From Raja brachyura (lineage: Eukaryota): a stretch of DNA of 64,000 bases. Under the pieces are notes generated by a model that worked only from the letters and a program-made list of their open reading frames with translations, was not told the origin of the DNA and made no database searches. Shown piece by piece: positions 12,889 through 26,236 of this stretch. The position numbers and the translations under genes are program-made. Position 1 is the stretch's first letter, and the number at the start of each line of letters is the position of its first letter. The stretch covers positions 24,738,001 to 24,802,000 of the forward strand of contig OY740797.1 in NCBI GenBank assembly GCA_963514005.1, in the 5' to 3' direction.

Positions 12889-14650
12889 ATTTTATTTATT
12901 TATTTAAAAAAAAAAAATTATTAGAGGTAAATACATCAGTGTACATCCCGTATATATTGTTACAATCATTATACCCCTTAATTTTAAGGCTTTTATAGAA
13001 AAGGAATAGAAACAGAGAAAGTGAAGAAAGTGAAAAGAGTTGTGAGAGTGAAAAAAGCGTGCCAAAGGAAAAGAAAAAAAGAACCCTTGGTCAGAGTTAG
13101 AGAAAGGAGATTAAGAGATAGACCATAGAAAAGAGAGAGAAAAAAGAGAGAAAAGAAAAAAGGAAAAGCTAGTTACTATATTATAAACATCACGCAAAAG
13201 GAATTTACCAACTCGATAGTTTTCCATCCCCCTTTACTAAGACCTGACGCCAGTACCTTTTTGAGGTACTCTTGCACCCTATCCTTTTGGCAAATCTATA
13301 ATTACAGACCACGTCTGATAGAAACAATCTGATTTTCCTGCCAGGCGGAGTCTCATATCTTCCAGATGTAGTGTTTCAAACATAGCTGAAATCCACATAT
13401 TTACTGTTGGTATAGGGGCATTTTCCCAGAATTTTAAGATTAGCTTTTTTCCTATTATTAAGTCATATTCAAATAGATTTTTTTGAAATACATTTAATTC
13501 AGGGCTACCTTATGTTACTCCAAAAATAATCCAATCTGGCTTTGGTGTCAGTTTTATTTTAAATAATTTTGTGATGATTTCAAAGATTTCAATCCAAAAT
13601 TTTTGAATTTTTGTACGAAAGACAAATGAGTGCGCTATAGTAGCTTCTTGAGACTGGCATTTATTGCAAATAGGTGAGACATTGTATTGTATTAATTGCT
13701 TCATCCAGTAAATCTGATGGCATATTGTGATATTCTTGTGTATATTGTTTCAGATAGTCACATATTTGGAAATATTTAAAGTACTGATTGTTTCCCAAAT
13801 TGTATTTTAGTTGTAATTGTTTACTTAATTTAGTTTTTGAATAGTATAATCTGTGTAAGATTTTAAATTGTACTAAAGTGTACTAAATTTTAAATTGTAC
13901 TAAAGTGTGTCTTAAGTTAANNNNNNNNNNNNNNNNNNNNNNNNNNNNNNNNNNNNNNNNNNNNNNNNNNNNNNNNNNNNNNNNNNNNNNNNNNNNNNNN
14001 NNNNNNNNNNNNNNNNNNNNNNNNNNNNNNNNNNNNNNNNNNNNNNNNNNNNNNNNNNNNNNNNNNNNNNNNNNNNNNNNNNNNNNNNNNNNNNNNNNNN
14101 NNNNNNNNNNNNNNNNNNNNNNNNNNNNNNNNNNNNNNNNNNNNNNNNNNNNNNNNNNNNNNNNNNNNNNNNNNNNNNNNNNNNNNNNTGGCATATTGTG
14201 ATATTCTTGTGTATATTGTTTCAAATAGTCACATATTTGGAAATATTTAAAATACTGATTGTTTCCCAAATTGTATTTTAGTTGTAATTGTTTAAATGGT
14301 AATAATGTTCCCGTTTCATACAAATCTCCCAAGGTTTTTAATACCAGCTCATTCCCATTGTATAAATTCCTTTATCTATAATTGAGGGTTTAAATGAAGG
14401 GTTTTTAACGATAGGGGATAGGACAGATACATTTCTTAATTTTAAGTTGTATTTTATTTGATTCCAAATTCTAATTGTACTATGTATAATTGGATTTTTG
14501 TTGTAATTTGTATTATTCAACGTCATTGGTGAAAGAAGGATTGCTCCAATATTACAAGGGGAGCAGTCCTCTTTCTCCATAATAATCCACTCCGGTTGCT
14601 GGGGAGAGTTATCCAGCAATTGAATAATATTCCTGATATTTACAGACCAA
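12889..14650 (-). mobile_element. 5'-truncated L1-type LINE 3' fragment spanning an assembly gap
   Basis: ORF2 C-terminal peptides (SPICNKC...HSFV; homologous to 62500-63660). T-rich (poly-A) tail at 12889. Confidence 0.88.
13921..14188. other. Assembly gap
   Basis: Run of N. Confidence 1.
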
Positions 14651-15799
14651 TAGGTTTGTGGGTTAGGTTATGCAGGATGGTTCAGGAATCTGATTGCCAA
14701 TAGAGATAAACTGTTCCTGAGCCTGGAACCTGGGCCCTCATGCTCTTCCAGCTTCATCCCGATGGTGAAAGTGAAATGTAAGCATGGCAATGGTGGTGTA
14801 CGTCTTCGAATATGTTAGCTGTCTCCATGAAGTACTGCTCCCTATATATCTATTCGATGTTCGGGAAGTCAGCACCCGTGAAGGACCGGGCAATATCGAC
14901 CACTTTCTGCAGCATCCTTCATTCTCGAGCGTTCAAACTTTACAGTAAATGGGAGATTGAGATTGCACTAGTGTTCAGGGTACAAAAGTCATGCGTGGAA
15001 CAGATAACTGTTGGGAGTCCTTTGCTTTCTGTCTTCACTTTTTCTTTCTTTTAATTGACACATTGTTTCTGATTGTTTGGCGATCTTCCCATGATGTAAT
15101 CAAAGAACATGTCATCAAGACTGCCCTTTGCCAAATTGACCTCACCAATTTATTTGGAGATACAACTATCCAAGATTGATGTAAATCCTCATCATTTCGC
15201 TTAATTCTTCCATTATAACTATGATATGATGAATAATATCATGAAAATGACTGAGACCCCACAGCTGTTTTGGGAAGAAAATTCTAAAGGTAACAAGCTT
15301 TTGCATTACAACCTATTCAGCAGAGTGCTAAACTGCTTACTTCCTATTATGGGTCTTTAGGTCCTAGCATATTGATGCAATCACAAAGAAAGTCTAGCAA
15401 CGCCTCTAGTTCCTCAAATTGAGGAGATTCGGCGTATCGGCAAGTACCCTCTCGAATGTCCACAGGTCTGCAATGGAAGACATACTATTGGTTGCGTTAC
15501 TTACTGGTTCAGTGAAGCGGATGTCCCAAAATTTAGGAGGCACTGGTGAGTGGGATCTACAAGAAGCGCTGTCTCAAGAAGACAGCGCTTCTTGAGACAG
15601 CTTTTATTAAAGAACCACACTACCCTTGGTACGCTCCCACTCTCCAATCTTGCTGCTACAACTGGGATGAAGATATCAGAGGTGGAGAACCGTGTCTATT
15701 AAGTAAAGCCTCGTCATATTAACTGACACTGATGGTTGGTGTGCAATGTTGTGATTGGGTGCTCCAATTTTAGGCGCACATTTCTCCCACTTCCCGGCC

Positions 15800-18751
15800 C
15801 ACACACCACCTCCTCCTCGCCCCCCATTCTTAATTTTATCCAATGTATCTATTTGTAATTTCAAAATCAACTCATAAATGGTCGTTATTAAACCTTTCTG
15901 GTAAGGGTTCAAATGTAATTTTTTCCCCAAAATTTCGGTTTGATGTGGCAACGGAAAAGGGGGTAGAGTAGCCTTCAAAAAATTTATAATTGGTAAATAT
16001 CTAAAGAAATGTGAGTTAGGTAGATTATATTTATTGGAGAGTTGTTCAAAAGACATAAAACAATCATCCAAAAACAAGTCACGAAAAACTGTTAATCCCT
16101 TCCTCTTCCATAACAGAAAAGCTCGATCAGTACTAGAAGGTTGGAAGAAGTCTCGATAAGATAAAATTATTCAATCCCCAAAACTTATGAAATTGAAACC
16201 ATATTCGGAATGTATGTCTTATTATTGGGTTAATCGTATATTTATTCAATCTCGTAATTGTAAAGGGTAACGAGGCCCCTAGAATAGAAGCCAATGATAG
16301 CCCTTTCATAGAATCACATTCAAGATTTATCCAACCTGGGCATTGGGTATCTTCTAAATCTTTTGTCCAAAACGATAACTAGCGAGCATTAACTGCCCAA
16401 TAGTAAAATCTAAGGTTCGGCAGTGCCAAACCACCATCTGTTTTGATTTTTGTAAGTATTTTTTACCTAGTCTGGGATTTTTATTCTGCCATATATATGA
16501 TGACATTTTTGAGTCAATAATATCAAAGAAAGATTTAGCAATAAAAATTGGTGTCATCTGAAATAAATACAAAAATGTAGGTAGGATAAACATTTTAATA
16601 ACATTGATTTGGCCGATTAGAGATAAGGACATTGGTGACCATTTAGTAAATTGTTGTCTGATGTGGTCAATTAGAGACATAAAATTGGCTTTAAATAGAT
16701 CCTTGTGTTTCTTGGTAATCTTAATGCCTAAATAAGTAAACCAGTCGGTTGTGGGGTACTATCCCGAAATCAAAGTGAGAAGCCAGGTGTAGTGGGAAGT
16801 ACCTTTTATTTTGCCCTTTCGTGTTGTAAGGAAGTCAACGAGAGAGAGAGATGGCACCCAAAACCCTTGCCTTTAAACTCTATTCTTATAGAGCTCTAGA
16901 CTAGGAGCTTTTGAATATTTTTAAATCAATTTCTTTAATCTCATTTGCCAATACACCTATTTCATTTTTTAGTTTTTTTTAATCCCGCAGAGTAAGAAAT
17001 AATTTGTCAATTAATATATGCCTTAAAAGCATCCCAAACTACACTATTCGATATTTCTTCAGTAGAGTTTGTTAAGAAGAAGAAAGCAATCTGATCTTTA
17101 ATAAAATTAACAACATTTAGATCTTGAAGCAAAGTTGTATTAAATCGCCATTGTTTAGCACTAAACTTAGAAACTTAGTAGTTTGATTGATAGTTTCAAT
17201 GGTGCATGATCAGAAATAGCGATTGCATCATAGTCACACGCAGTGACCGATGGTACTAGCCGAGAATCTATTATAAAGTAGTCAATCCTAGAGTAACTAT
17301 GATATACATGAGAGAAAAAAGAACATTCTTTGTCATTTGAGTGTAGCAATCTCCAGACTTCTAACATTCAAGTAAAATGTTATGGAGTCAAGTAAAAAAT
17401 AATTGATGAAACTAGCTGATTTATTTGGAAGCGCATGATCAGATGCAGATCTGTCCATCGAGGGGTTCAAACAGCAGTTAAAATCTCCACCCATTATCAA
17501 AAGATGTTTGTTTAAATTAGGAAAGGATGCGATTAACTGTTTAAAAAACTCAGGGTGATCAATATTAGGTGCATAAACATTCACCATAACAACATTTTGG
17601 TTTTGAAGAACACCAGTGATCCTCAAAAATCTGCCATATGGATCAGAAATTGTTTCATAATGAACAAACGAAATTGAGGAGTCAATAAAAATAGAGACTC
17701 CTTTCACCTTCGCCTGTGAATTTGGATGAAACGGCTGTCCTCTCCAAAACTTAAAGAATCGTTGATTGTCATCTTTCCTTACATGAGTTTCGTGAACAAA
17801 GATAATCTGAGCATTTAGTCTACGAATAATTTTTTTTTGAAATCCTCTTAATGGGATGGTTCTAACCATTAACATTCCATGAAAGGAAGTTAATAACTTT
17901 ATCCATATTGTTTGCAAAAATTATGTGGAATGTAATGAGTTAATTTCGTAGACCATAGCAGTTCAAGATACTGGAAGGAGAAAACCGTGCCCAACTTTTT
18001 TGCTGCTCGGAGGATATTGTCGTTCATCTGCAGAAAGTGAAACCGAACGATCAGATGTCTCGGTTTATCTTTGAGTCCAGCATTCTTCCCGACTGTGTGT
18101 GTTGTCCAAAATTTGAAGATTTTCATACTGCTCGATATTGAAAGTCTCCTTTATCATTTTAGAGACTTATTTTATAACATTATCCCCTTCTTGACCTTCA
18201 GGCAAACCAACAATTTGCAGATTCAGTCGATGGCTTCTGTTTTCCAGATCCATGTTTTTAGTCTTGTATTGCTCGAGTGCCCGAGCATTTTCGTTTATTT
18301 TCTGAACCAGTATTTCAAACTTCAAATCTCTTTCCTGACCCAAGGTTCGCAAGTTATCAATTTGTTCCTTCTGTTCACGAGATTCATCTTGTAACATAAT
18401 CAGCTTGTCTTTAAATTCCTCGAAATTGTCTCGAAATTCCTTTCATCATTTCTTCCAAACTGCAGAATCTTGTGTTCATTTCTCCGTTGATTTTGGATAT
18501 TGCTTCTAAGGTACCAGTCAGAGGCTGCGCCTCCCCCACGCTCCTTCCTTGGAGAAGCTTTTTTTGCTCTTGTCTCCATCCTTTACACGATTGAAGCGTA
18601 TAAAAGTGTTATCAACACTTTAAAAAAGGTTAGACCGTGTCTTGAAATCAAGCAATAACAAGTAACATTGAAAGAGTGGTAAGCAAGGAGTTAAACGTTA
18701 AGGGAGCAAACCGTGTTACAGCCTTACAGCATGCTACCACTAGGAGAGTCC
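15800..18751 (-). mobile_element. Degenerate, internally deleted L1-type LINE
   Basis: ORF1 remnant DLENRSHRLNLQIVGLPEG; endonuclease NVYAPN, GGDFNC, YSRIDYF, SDHAP; post-RT region. The 5' end resembles GACTTCCGGTGG-type L1 starts. Confidence 0.88.
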
Positions 18752-19295
18752 TGCTTGTTACTCCAGCTTTATATTTCAATCTTCGGTTTAAACCAGCATC
18801 TGCAGCGCCTTCTTACACACCTCTCAACTTCTATACACAATACTCAGACCAGCCTTTTTGGCCTCCTTGTTTACCTACGACTCGACCTTCAAGGAACCAT
18901 GCACCTGCACTCCTAGACCCATCTGCTCTACAACACTCCCCAGATGCCTACCATTGACTGTGTAGGTCTATTCCCACATCACCTGTGACACATCCCGATA
19001 AAATGCTTTATAACATGCATCTGTTCAGTTTTCTTAAAGTATGAGGAGTACAGACAGGCTAGATATTCAGGGTCTTTATATTAATATTGTGGAGAAATGT
19101 TTAACTGATGCGCGTATGCTTAAGATGAGGAGTGGGAAAGCGTGGGATAATTATGGACACTGAATGTGGTTACTACCATGAACGAGCTGGCAAGGAGTTG
19201 GTGGAGGCAGACAAAAATACAGCCTTTAACTTGCATTTCCCCAGGCACTCAGATAGGAAAAAATGTAGAGAGATGATCTTATGCAGTGAAAGGCA

Positions 19296-19301
19296 TTTAT
19301 T
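19296..19301 (-). promoter_or_regulatory. Candidate polyadenylation signal of the receptor gene
   Basis: AATAAA on the minus strand about 190 nt after the stop codon. Confidence 0.45.
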
Positions 19302-19490
19302 GTGCCTAACAGCTCTTTACAAGGGTAACATTCATCAGAGTAGATCATCTCTCATTAAAATCCCCTGCTCACTGCGCATTGTCTTGTAAATGATAATGTA
19401 TCTGTACGATCTGTGACACAATGTTAATCAGGTTTATGTAATTGAAATATCGTTGGCTTCAGAGTGAATGGACGCTTGCTGATTTCGCAG

Positions 19491-19613
19491 CTATTTAAAA
19501 ATCCTGATTCCTGCATACTCTGTTTCATTGTTCTTCGCCGTTCTTGGATGTTTCAGAGAAGTGGTGAGATCCAGAGTTGCATAGGTCAGTTTATTTTCTG
19601 ACACTTCTTGGAC
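19491..19613 (-). CDS. Exon 7: terminal cytoplasmic exon with ITIM + ITSM
   Basis: Acceptor ttatttttcgatag|, phase 0. Reads VQEVSENKLTYATLDLTTSLKHPRTAKNNETEYAGIRIFK-TAG; LTYATL matches the ITIM and TEYAGI the ITSM (TxYxxI/V) consensus. Confidence 0.88.
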   Translation of the reverse strand, partial: VQEVSENKLTYATLDLTTSLKHPRTAKNNETEYAGIRIFK

Positions 19614-19709
19614 CTATCGAAAAATAATCAGAGATCATGAGCTGCTGATTCCCCTTTATGGGCGACGTACAGGAATTTTCGCTGCAGTACACTTTCGCTT
19701 TTACCTTAC

Positions 19710-19796
19710 CTGGCCATAGGTAATTTGTTCTTCGTGACGTCTGTTTTTTGCAGTTTTCTTCTGTCCGCTGAAATTCATATCTGCGTACGTCGGATA
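19710..19796 (-). CDS. Exon 6: cytoplasmic exon with two Tyr motifs
   Basis: Acceptor ttccctcag|, donor CAG|gtaagg, 87 nt, phase 0-0. Reads YPTYADMNFSGQKKTAKNRRHEEQITYGQ. Confidence 0.82.
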
Positions 19797-20458
19797 CTGA
19801 GGGAACATTTATTTGAAAGGAAATAAACTCCGCATTTACATAGAACTGCGAAGCCGAGCAAACGCAAAACAAGCGCGTGGAAGCTGGGTCTGCACGACCA
19901 GTCATTCCATTGCTATATATGGTTACTTCCCTATGATGAGATTACTAAAAATGTAAACGGAAACAACTCGTATCTAATTGGTTTGGCTAACTATTAGCCA
20001 AATCATGAAACCAATGGGCAGAAAACTGACCGGAAGTTTGTTGGATAATGACTTCGAGGACAATATATAGTTGACGCGCTTTCTGGGCTCAGACATGTTA
20101 GCAGATTTTCCGTAATATATCAGAACGAGCTGCCCCGCAAAAAATATGACGTGTGAATTTTGAATTGGAACAGGATATGATGCTTCACGGTGAATAATCC
20201 GCCCGACACCGTCTGTGTGTAGAGTAGACATAAACTGTTCAGGATAACTCGAAGGATACGCAAATGCACGTTGCTGACGGTCATGGACTATATCATAAGA
20301 ATACGGAAGGATAAGGGAAATTGCAAACGAGGCACATAGAGAGTTACACGAAAAGTGGACCCATCCTGTTGTCCCATCAACGTGATTATAATTACGGACG
20401 TCCATTTGCAGAACATGATCCAACAGGTTATATCCTGTTATACCATCAAAAAAATTAC

Positions 20459-20502
20459 CTGTTTTTCGAAGTGGTGGGTTCTGGCCTCAATATTTTCTGG
20501 TG
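20459..20502 (-). CDS. Exon 5: first cytoplasmic exon
   Basis: Acceptor ttattatgttctctactag|, donor CAG|gtaatt, 44 nt, phase 1-0, exactly bridging exon 4 to exon 6. Reads APENIEARTHHFEKQ. Confidence 0.72.
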
Positions 20503-21174
20503 CTAGTAGAGAACATAATAAAACGACCAAATTTTATCATCAACGTATCACAACCTGCCTGCCGATAGTCAGTTAATAATCGAATTGGACCAGATTCGTT
20601 CGGCTGCAGAAATTGACCATTGCGGTCATGCTATTCTTGTTATTTAAACACATCCTCTCCTTGTTAGTCCTAATGCTAAGGAAAAGCACACGGAAAAGTT
20701 GCAAACCTATTGTTTGCTTCCGCTTTCCTGTGATAACTGCCCCTATTTAAACAACCCGACCTTTGAAGCATTTCACCTAGTGTTCAAAAGCGCCGTCTTT
20801 TAGAACAAACGAAATCAATGATTTTGCAACCAACGGCTTAAACGGTTAAAACGTTGTTTCCCACAGAATACTGCGGCCGGAGAAAAGGCCCTGTGGTTTA
20901 AATCGTTATCTCAGCACTCCTCGTTAATCTTTCAACTGAACATTGCTATTTTCGGAAAAAACACGAAATGTTGTAGTAATTCAGCGGGTTAGGCAGCATC
21001 TACGGGGGGGGGGGGGGGGGGGCATCGATAGCCGAAGTTCCGGGTCGGGACCCTTCTTCACATGTGACTCAACCCCAAAAGTCCCCTATCCATTGTCTCC
21101 CCAGATGCTGCCAAACCGCCGAGTTACTCCAGCACTGTATCGCAAATTTCGTACAAGGATCATTCGCTTCTTAC

Positions 21175-21285
21175 CTTCAGTACTGTGTAATTTGCACCGC
21201 CTGGCATAAAATACCAACGCTGGAATAATTAACACGCATATGGCAAATCCACCCGCCAGAAAGTAGACGGGTTTAACGCTTGTTC
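21175..21285 (-). CDS. Exon 4: transmembrane exon
   Basis: Acceptor ttttatttcccccttag|, donor GAAG|gtaaga, 111 nt, phase 1-1. Reads GTSVKPVYFLAGGFAICVLIIPALVFYARRCKLHSTE: an uncharged ~22-aa hydrophobic segment followed by a basic stop-transfer RR. Not in the ORF track. Confidence 0.88.
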
Positions 21286-24200
21286 CTAAGGGGGAAATAA
21301 AAGCGGAATATTATAACTTTTCAGAAGTTATCTTCATGAAATAATCAGAGTACACGAACCAGGGATTGCAGAATGGGTTCCACAATTTCACTTCATTACG
21401 CTGTATTCCATCTGCCACTATTTACCTACTCTCCCAAACTGTCCAAGTCCTTCAGCAAACTCCCTGCTTCCTCAGCACTATCTGCCCTGCACCTACCTTA
21501 GTGTCATCTGAAAAATGGCGAAAAAAACATCAATTTCATCATCCAGAGCATTAACATATAATGTAAAATGCAGCAGACACAACATCGACCCCTGCAGAAC
21601 ACCAATAGTCGACCGCAACAAACCACAAAAGGCCCCTTTATTGACACAATTTGCCTTCTGCCAGTCAGCCAATCTTCGATCCGTGCTAATCCCTTGCCTT
21701 TAATGCCTTGCGCTTCTATTTTATTCAGCGGCCTCACGTGTGGCACCTCATCAAAATTCCAATCAAAATTCATCCTTAATACGGATTCTAAAAAATTTAA
21801 ATGTTTATCAGTAGCCTATAAAGATTAGGCTTTGTTTTACTCTTCATACTGTCTGATTGTTGAGTATCTCAGACATTTCCCTTTGTTTCTCCTTCACACG
21901 TTATGTCCACATACTATTTTGACATGTACGGATGCGCTTGTCGCCCCCTCTCCCCGTTTCGCCGTGTCACTGGTGACAGGGAGGAAACCTCCAGCTCTCC
22001 GGCAATCAAAATATAAACATTAAGGAAACGAATTACCTGGAGTGAAAACATCAAAAATGAATTCCACTGGGCATAATAAAAACACGTGCACGATCTGTAA
22101 TGTACTTTGCATTCGGTAAAATAGATTATTCTACTGGTTTACGGGCCTGTGTCTTCTTAATGTTGGGGTCATTGATATCGTAAAGGCTGTTGAACTGAAA
22201 TATCGACCGACTGTTAACATTTTGGAATGATAGCTGCAGTCGTTATGGTTCACTTATCAACACAAGATCAGAATTATTCTGAGTTGTGATATCTCTCTCA
22301 GAGGGTTTGGTGAACCAATCATTGATTCACCGTCGATGTGCTGCACGTGCACTATCCCAGCTTTCAAAATGGCTTGAACAATATAGACGCAAGTCACGTT
22401 ATATCACCCCGAGAAAGTGACACTCTGGATCCACCCCAGGCACATCTTCGCAGTTAGTAAATCTGCTATTTCACATCTGCAGAGACCCTGGATCAATTCT
22501 GACCTCCAGTGTTCTCTGGAGTTTTTATATTCCCACGGTGATCACGTTACTTCCGTAGGATACTCTAACATCTTCCCAAATCTCAACGACTTTCAGGATT
22601 GTTGGTTGATTGGCCACTATAGGTAGTCATTAAGTTTGAAGAAGGGTCTCGATCCGAAACGTCACCCATTCTTTCTCTCCAAAGACGTTGCCTGTCCCGT
22701 CGAGCTACTCCAGTAGTTTGTGTCTATCATCGTCATTAATGTGATGGTCATTTTGTGGGGAGTTGATGGAACTGTGCAGGGAATGAAATTGGGCGACGGT
22801 AGGTTTTGTACAATTAGGGTAGCTGATCCCAAGCACCTATTTTCTTCTTTTAACTACATAAAACATGTACACTAGAACCGTTGGTTTTGGGTCTGGAGAA
22901 AAGTATACAGTCTCCGTCGCTGCGATTGACGTTATTATTCATAATAGTGGGGAAGTGGAAAATTTACATTTAACATTTGTACCTTATGAAAACCCAAACG
23001 ACGAAGAGACAACCAAGATTAAGCGATTGAGTTTATCAAACAAAAGAACAAAATATACCATGGGGAGTACCTGTCGAGAGAATTTCATAATGGTAACTAA
23101 AGTTAAAACAGGTACATAGCTAATGGGAATCTTATTATTTATCAAGAAAGAACTAACATGTAAAAGCAAGGAGGTTGTGCCATTGCGTTAATTCCCATTA
23201 CAAGCCCGCGTACTCGCACAGTTATCTCCAGCGCATTTCCTCCGACTCAGCCAGGTGAACGGGCTCCATTACCTAATTACCTAATCAAGAATCCATTACA
23301 TAATCAAGAATCTATCTATCTCTGCCTATAAAATATCCACTGACGGCCACCACGGGCTTCTGTAGCAAATTATTCTACAGATTCACCGATAATCTGTATG
23401 TAATCTTAAGGTATTTTAAGTGCTACACAATTAGTAATGCGTTCGAAAAAATCCCGTTAATTCAATTGGTAACCTGCAACTCTCAGACCAATAAAACAAT
23501 GAGTGCCATTTAGCAAGTCCGAGCCAGAGAAACATTCAGTGGGATGATTTAACAGGCATTGGGTTCCTTGAGAAGGGCAATCACCACCTTGGGCTCAACA
23601 GCGACACATCTAGTAGAGCTGCTGTTTCACAGCACCAGAGATACAGGTTAAATTCTAACTTGGGCGCTGGGCCCTGTCTATGTGGAGTTTGCACACTCTC
23701 TCTGTAATCATGTGGGGTTCCTCATGGTGCTCCAGGTTTCTCCCACATCTCAAAGACGTGTGGATTTGTGCGGCAGCAATCGAGACTGCAGGATAGGTTA
23801 TAGGGGATTTGGGTAGAATTGGGCCATTCGGCCATCCGCCATTCCATCGTGGCTGATCTTTCGCTCTCTCCTGACCCCACCGTCCTGCCTTCTCCCCATA
23901 ACCTCTGACACCTGTACTAATCAAGAATCTATCTATCTCTGCCTAAAAAAATCCACTGACGGCTTCCACGGCCTTCTTTTAATTATTAAATTCTGAGGCT
24001 ATGCTCTCTAGTCCTAGACTCTCCCGCTAATGGAATCATCCTCTCCACATGCACTCTTTCCAAGCCTTTCACTATTCTGTATGTTTCAACGAGGTCCCGC
24101 CTCATTCTTCTAAACTTCAGCGAATACAGGCCTACTGCCGCCAAACGCTCATCATAATGTAACCTAGTGATTCCTGGGATAATTCTTGTAAACATCTTCC

Positions 24201-24534
24201 ATGCTACTACCCTCTAATTTCAAGGAATCATGCTCTGGAGTTTGAGCGACCATCGGATCGCTTGACTGCTGTTCTCCCCCTACTTTCTTTATCGCAAAGG
24301 CATTATTTCACCACAAACCATCTTCACGGTCCAGTATCCGCGAACACCTATTTGCCTTCTCACCGTACCGTCACATACAGCAATAGATATTATAATGTTT
24401 GCCCTTTCAAAACTTGCATTAACCACCCAGGGGCCGCGTACTCCCGCCAGGGTTCATCTTTTCAGATTGCATTTACTACAGTATATTTGGTGAGGTCTAT
24501 TTTAGTTGGAAACACCAAATGCAAAACGAGAGCT

Positions 24535-24862
24535 GCGGCAGCACAGTGGCGTGGCTGTAGAGCTGCTATATCACAGCGCGAGAGACACAGGTTTGATCCT
24601 AACCATGAATGATGTCCGTACGGAATGTGTACGTTCTCAATGTGACTGCGTTGGTGTCCTTCGGGTGATACGGTATCCTCCCACATCCCACAAAGAATGG
24701 ATGTGCAGGCGTGTAGGCTAATTGGCAAATGTAAGTTGTCGCCAGTGTGCAGGGAGTGAATGAAAAAGTATTCTAATAGAGAACTATATACCGGTGATCG
24801 ATGATCAACGTGGACTTGGTGTGCTGAAGGCTCCGCTTCCACGCGGTATCTCTAAAACTAAA
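24535..24862 (+). mobile_element. tRNA-headed SINE (HE1/V-SINE-like)
   Basis: GCGGCAGCACAGTGGCG...GTAGAGCTGCT head, B-box-like GGTTTGATCC, conserved core, (ctaaaa)n tail. Related copies at ~23600-23770 (+), 30230-30550 (-), 33860-34170 (-), 46440-46740 (-). Confidence 0.7.
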
Positions 24863-26236
24863 ACAGTCAATTTGAAGATGTTAACTTAATTTCCAATTGT
24901 ATCTAAAATCGTAATCCATCTTATATTTTCAATTTATTTTCTTTACTTCTCGTGCTACCTCAACGAAGTCGCAAAACAGCGTTATGGAATCTCTCCCAAC
25001 TGCATTGACTAAAACCTTAAACCTGAGCAATGAATTCACCTTCAGAAAATTGGATGAAAACTGGCAGTTTCTATGAATGAAAATAATGGGATAAATTCCA
25101 GATGCTGGGAGCATAAAATGAGCAAAACATAGAAATGTCTGGGAGCACAGACCAGATCAGACAGTTCAAAGGAAAGCCCATCACCCGGAATTATCGCTAC
25201 TCCGTATTGTGTGTATGACCGTTCGCACATTTTCTTATTTTTCCTTTATGTTCAATTTCCTCTTCTGTTTGAATCCCATCACAGATCAGCAACGATTAAA
25301 AAATAAATTATCTGAGTTAATGACCGCGTATGCTATTAAATTACCCTTGGCCTCTGTCCTCGGGTTTATTGGTTTGGTCAACCTGTTTTCAAGTTGGTTT
25401 ACCATCCATCTCCAACGGTACAGCAATAAGACTGCAAATTATTTTACATTTAAATTATGCACGGGAATAGCTTCATAAGTATTTGCTGAGACGACTCGTT
25501 TGTGTTCTGTGTGCGCTCCTGGTCATCCTAGTATACGCAGCATATCATTATGTTGGAAAAGGTGCAGAAATGATTCACCAAGGTATTACCTGGAATCCAT
25601 GGCTTGAGTTATCCGGTGATGCTGAGCAGGTTGTGACCTCTTCCCATGAGGCATAGGAGGTTTACCTAATTCAAGTATATAAAATTATGATAGGGGTAGA
25701 GAAAGTGAATGCTTACAGTCGTTTTCTCCACGGTTATGGATTCTCAACAGGGAAGGTTAAGAGGGGCCCAAGGGGCAATTTATTTTTGAGGAAGTTACAG
25801 AAGCGTGTGCAATTGTGATTTTCAAAGGAATTTTGGATAGGTATTTGGATAGGAAGGATTTAGAGGAGAAATGGTCAAATGCGTAGAGATGGGCCTGGGC
25901 CAGATGGCAATTTGCTTGACGTGGACGGGGCGGGCTGAAGGGCCTTGCTTCCATGCTGCAGAGCTCTATATGATCGGAGATAAACAGTCAGTTTCAGCGT
26001 CCGCTATTGTACAAACATGCAAACACAACTGTTATCTTTGCGCGATATCTCTTACTAACCAGTATCTAATTTCGTAGACTGTCATACCTTTCCATTTCAA
26101 CAAAGGCATGCCCACAATCTCCATTCAAATACTTAAAAATGGTCTGGCGTAAGATTTGGGTGGGAATTCATGAAATGCCTTGACATAAAAACCAGTGATA
26201 TATCTCAGGACGTTATTGAAGGCATAAACCTCATAC

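Larger units (their letters stand above)
12511..15028 (+). repeat. 378-bp direct duplication (12511-12888 and 14651-15028) flanking an L1 fragment
   Basis: Hand alignment: offset 2140 nt, no indels, 17 substitutions (~95.5% identity). Confidence 0.93.

Noticed and set aside
13715-14295. Duplicated ~100-bp L1 segments and short tandem copies on either side of the N run
   Set aside because: Adjacent to the gap; most likely local misassembly.
21175-21200. 26-nt micro-exon reading GANYTVLK (ITIM-like), and a look-alike at 5698-5723 (+)
   Set aside because: It is the 3' end of the TM exon read in another frame. The similarity to 5698-5723 is too short to be meaningful.
22983-23070. Hydrophobic T-rich stretch with AG/GT borders considered as the TM exon
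   Set aside because: It has stops in the required phase-1 frame, and a clean TM exon exists at 21175-21285.
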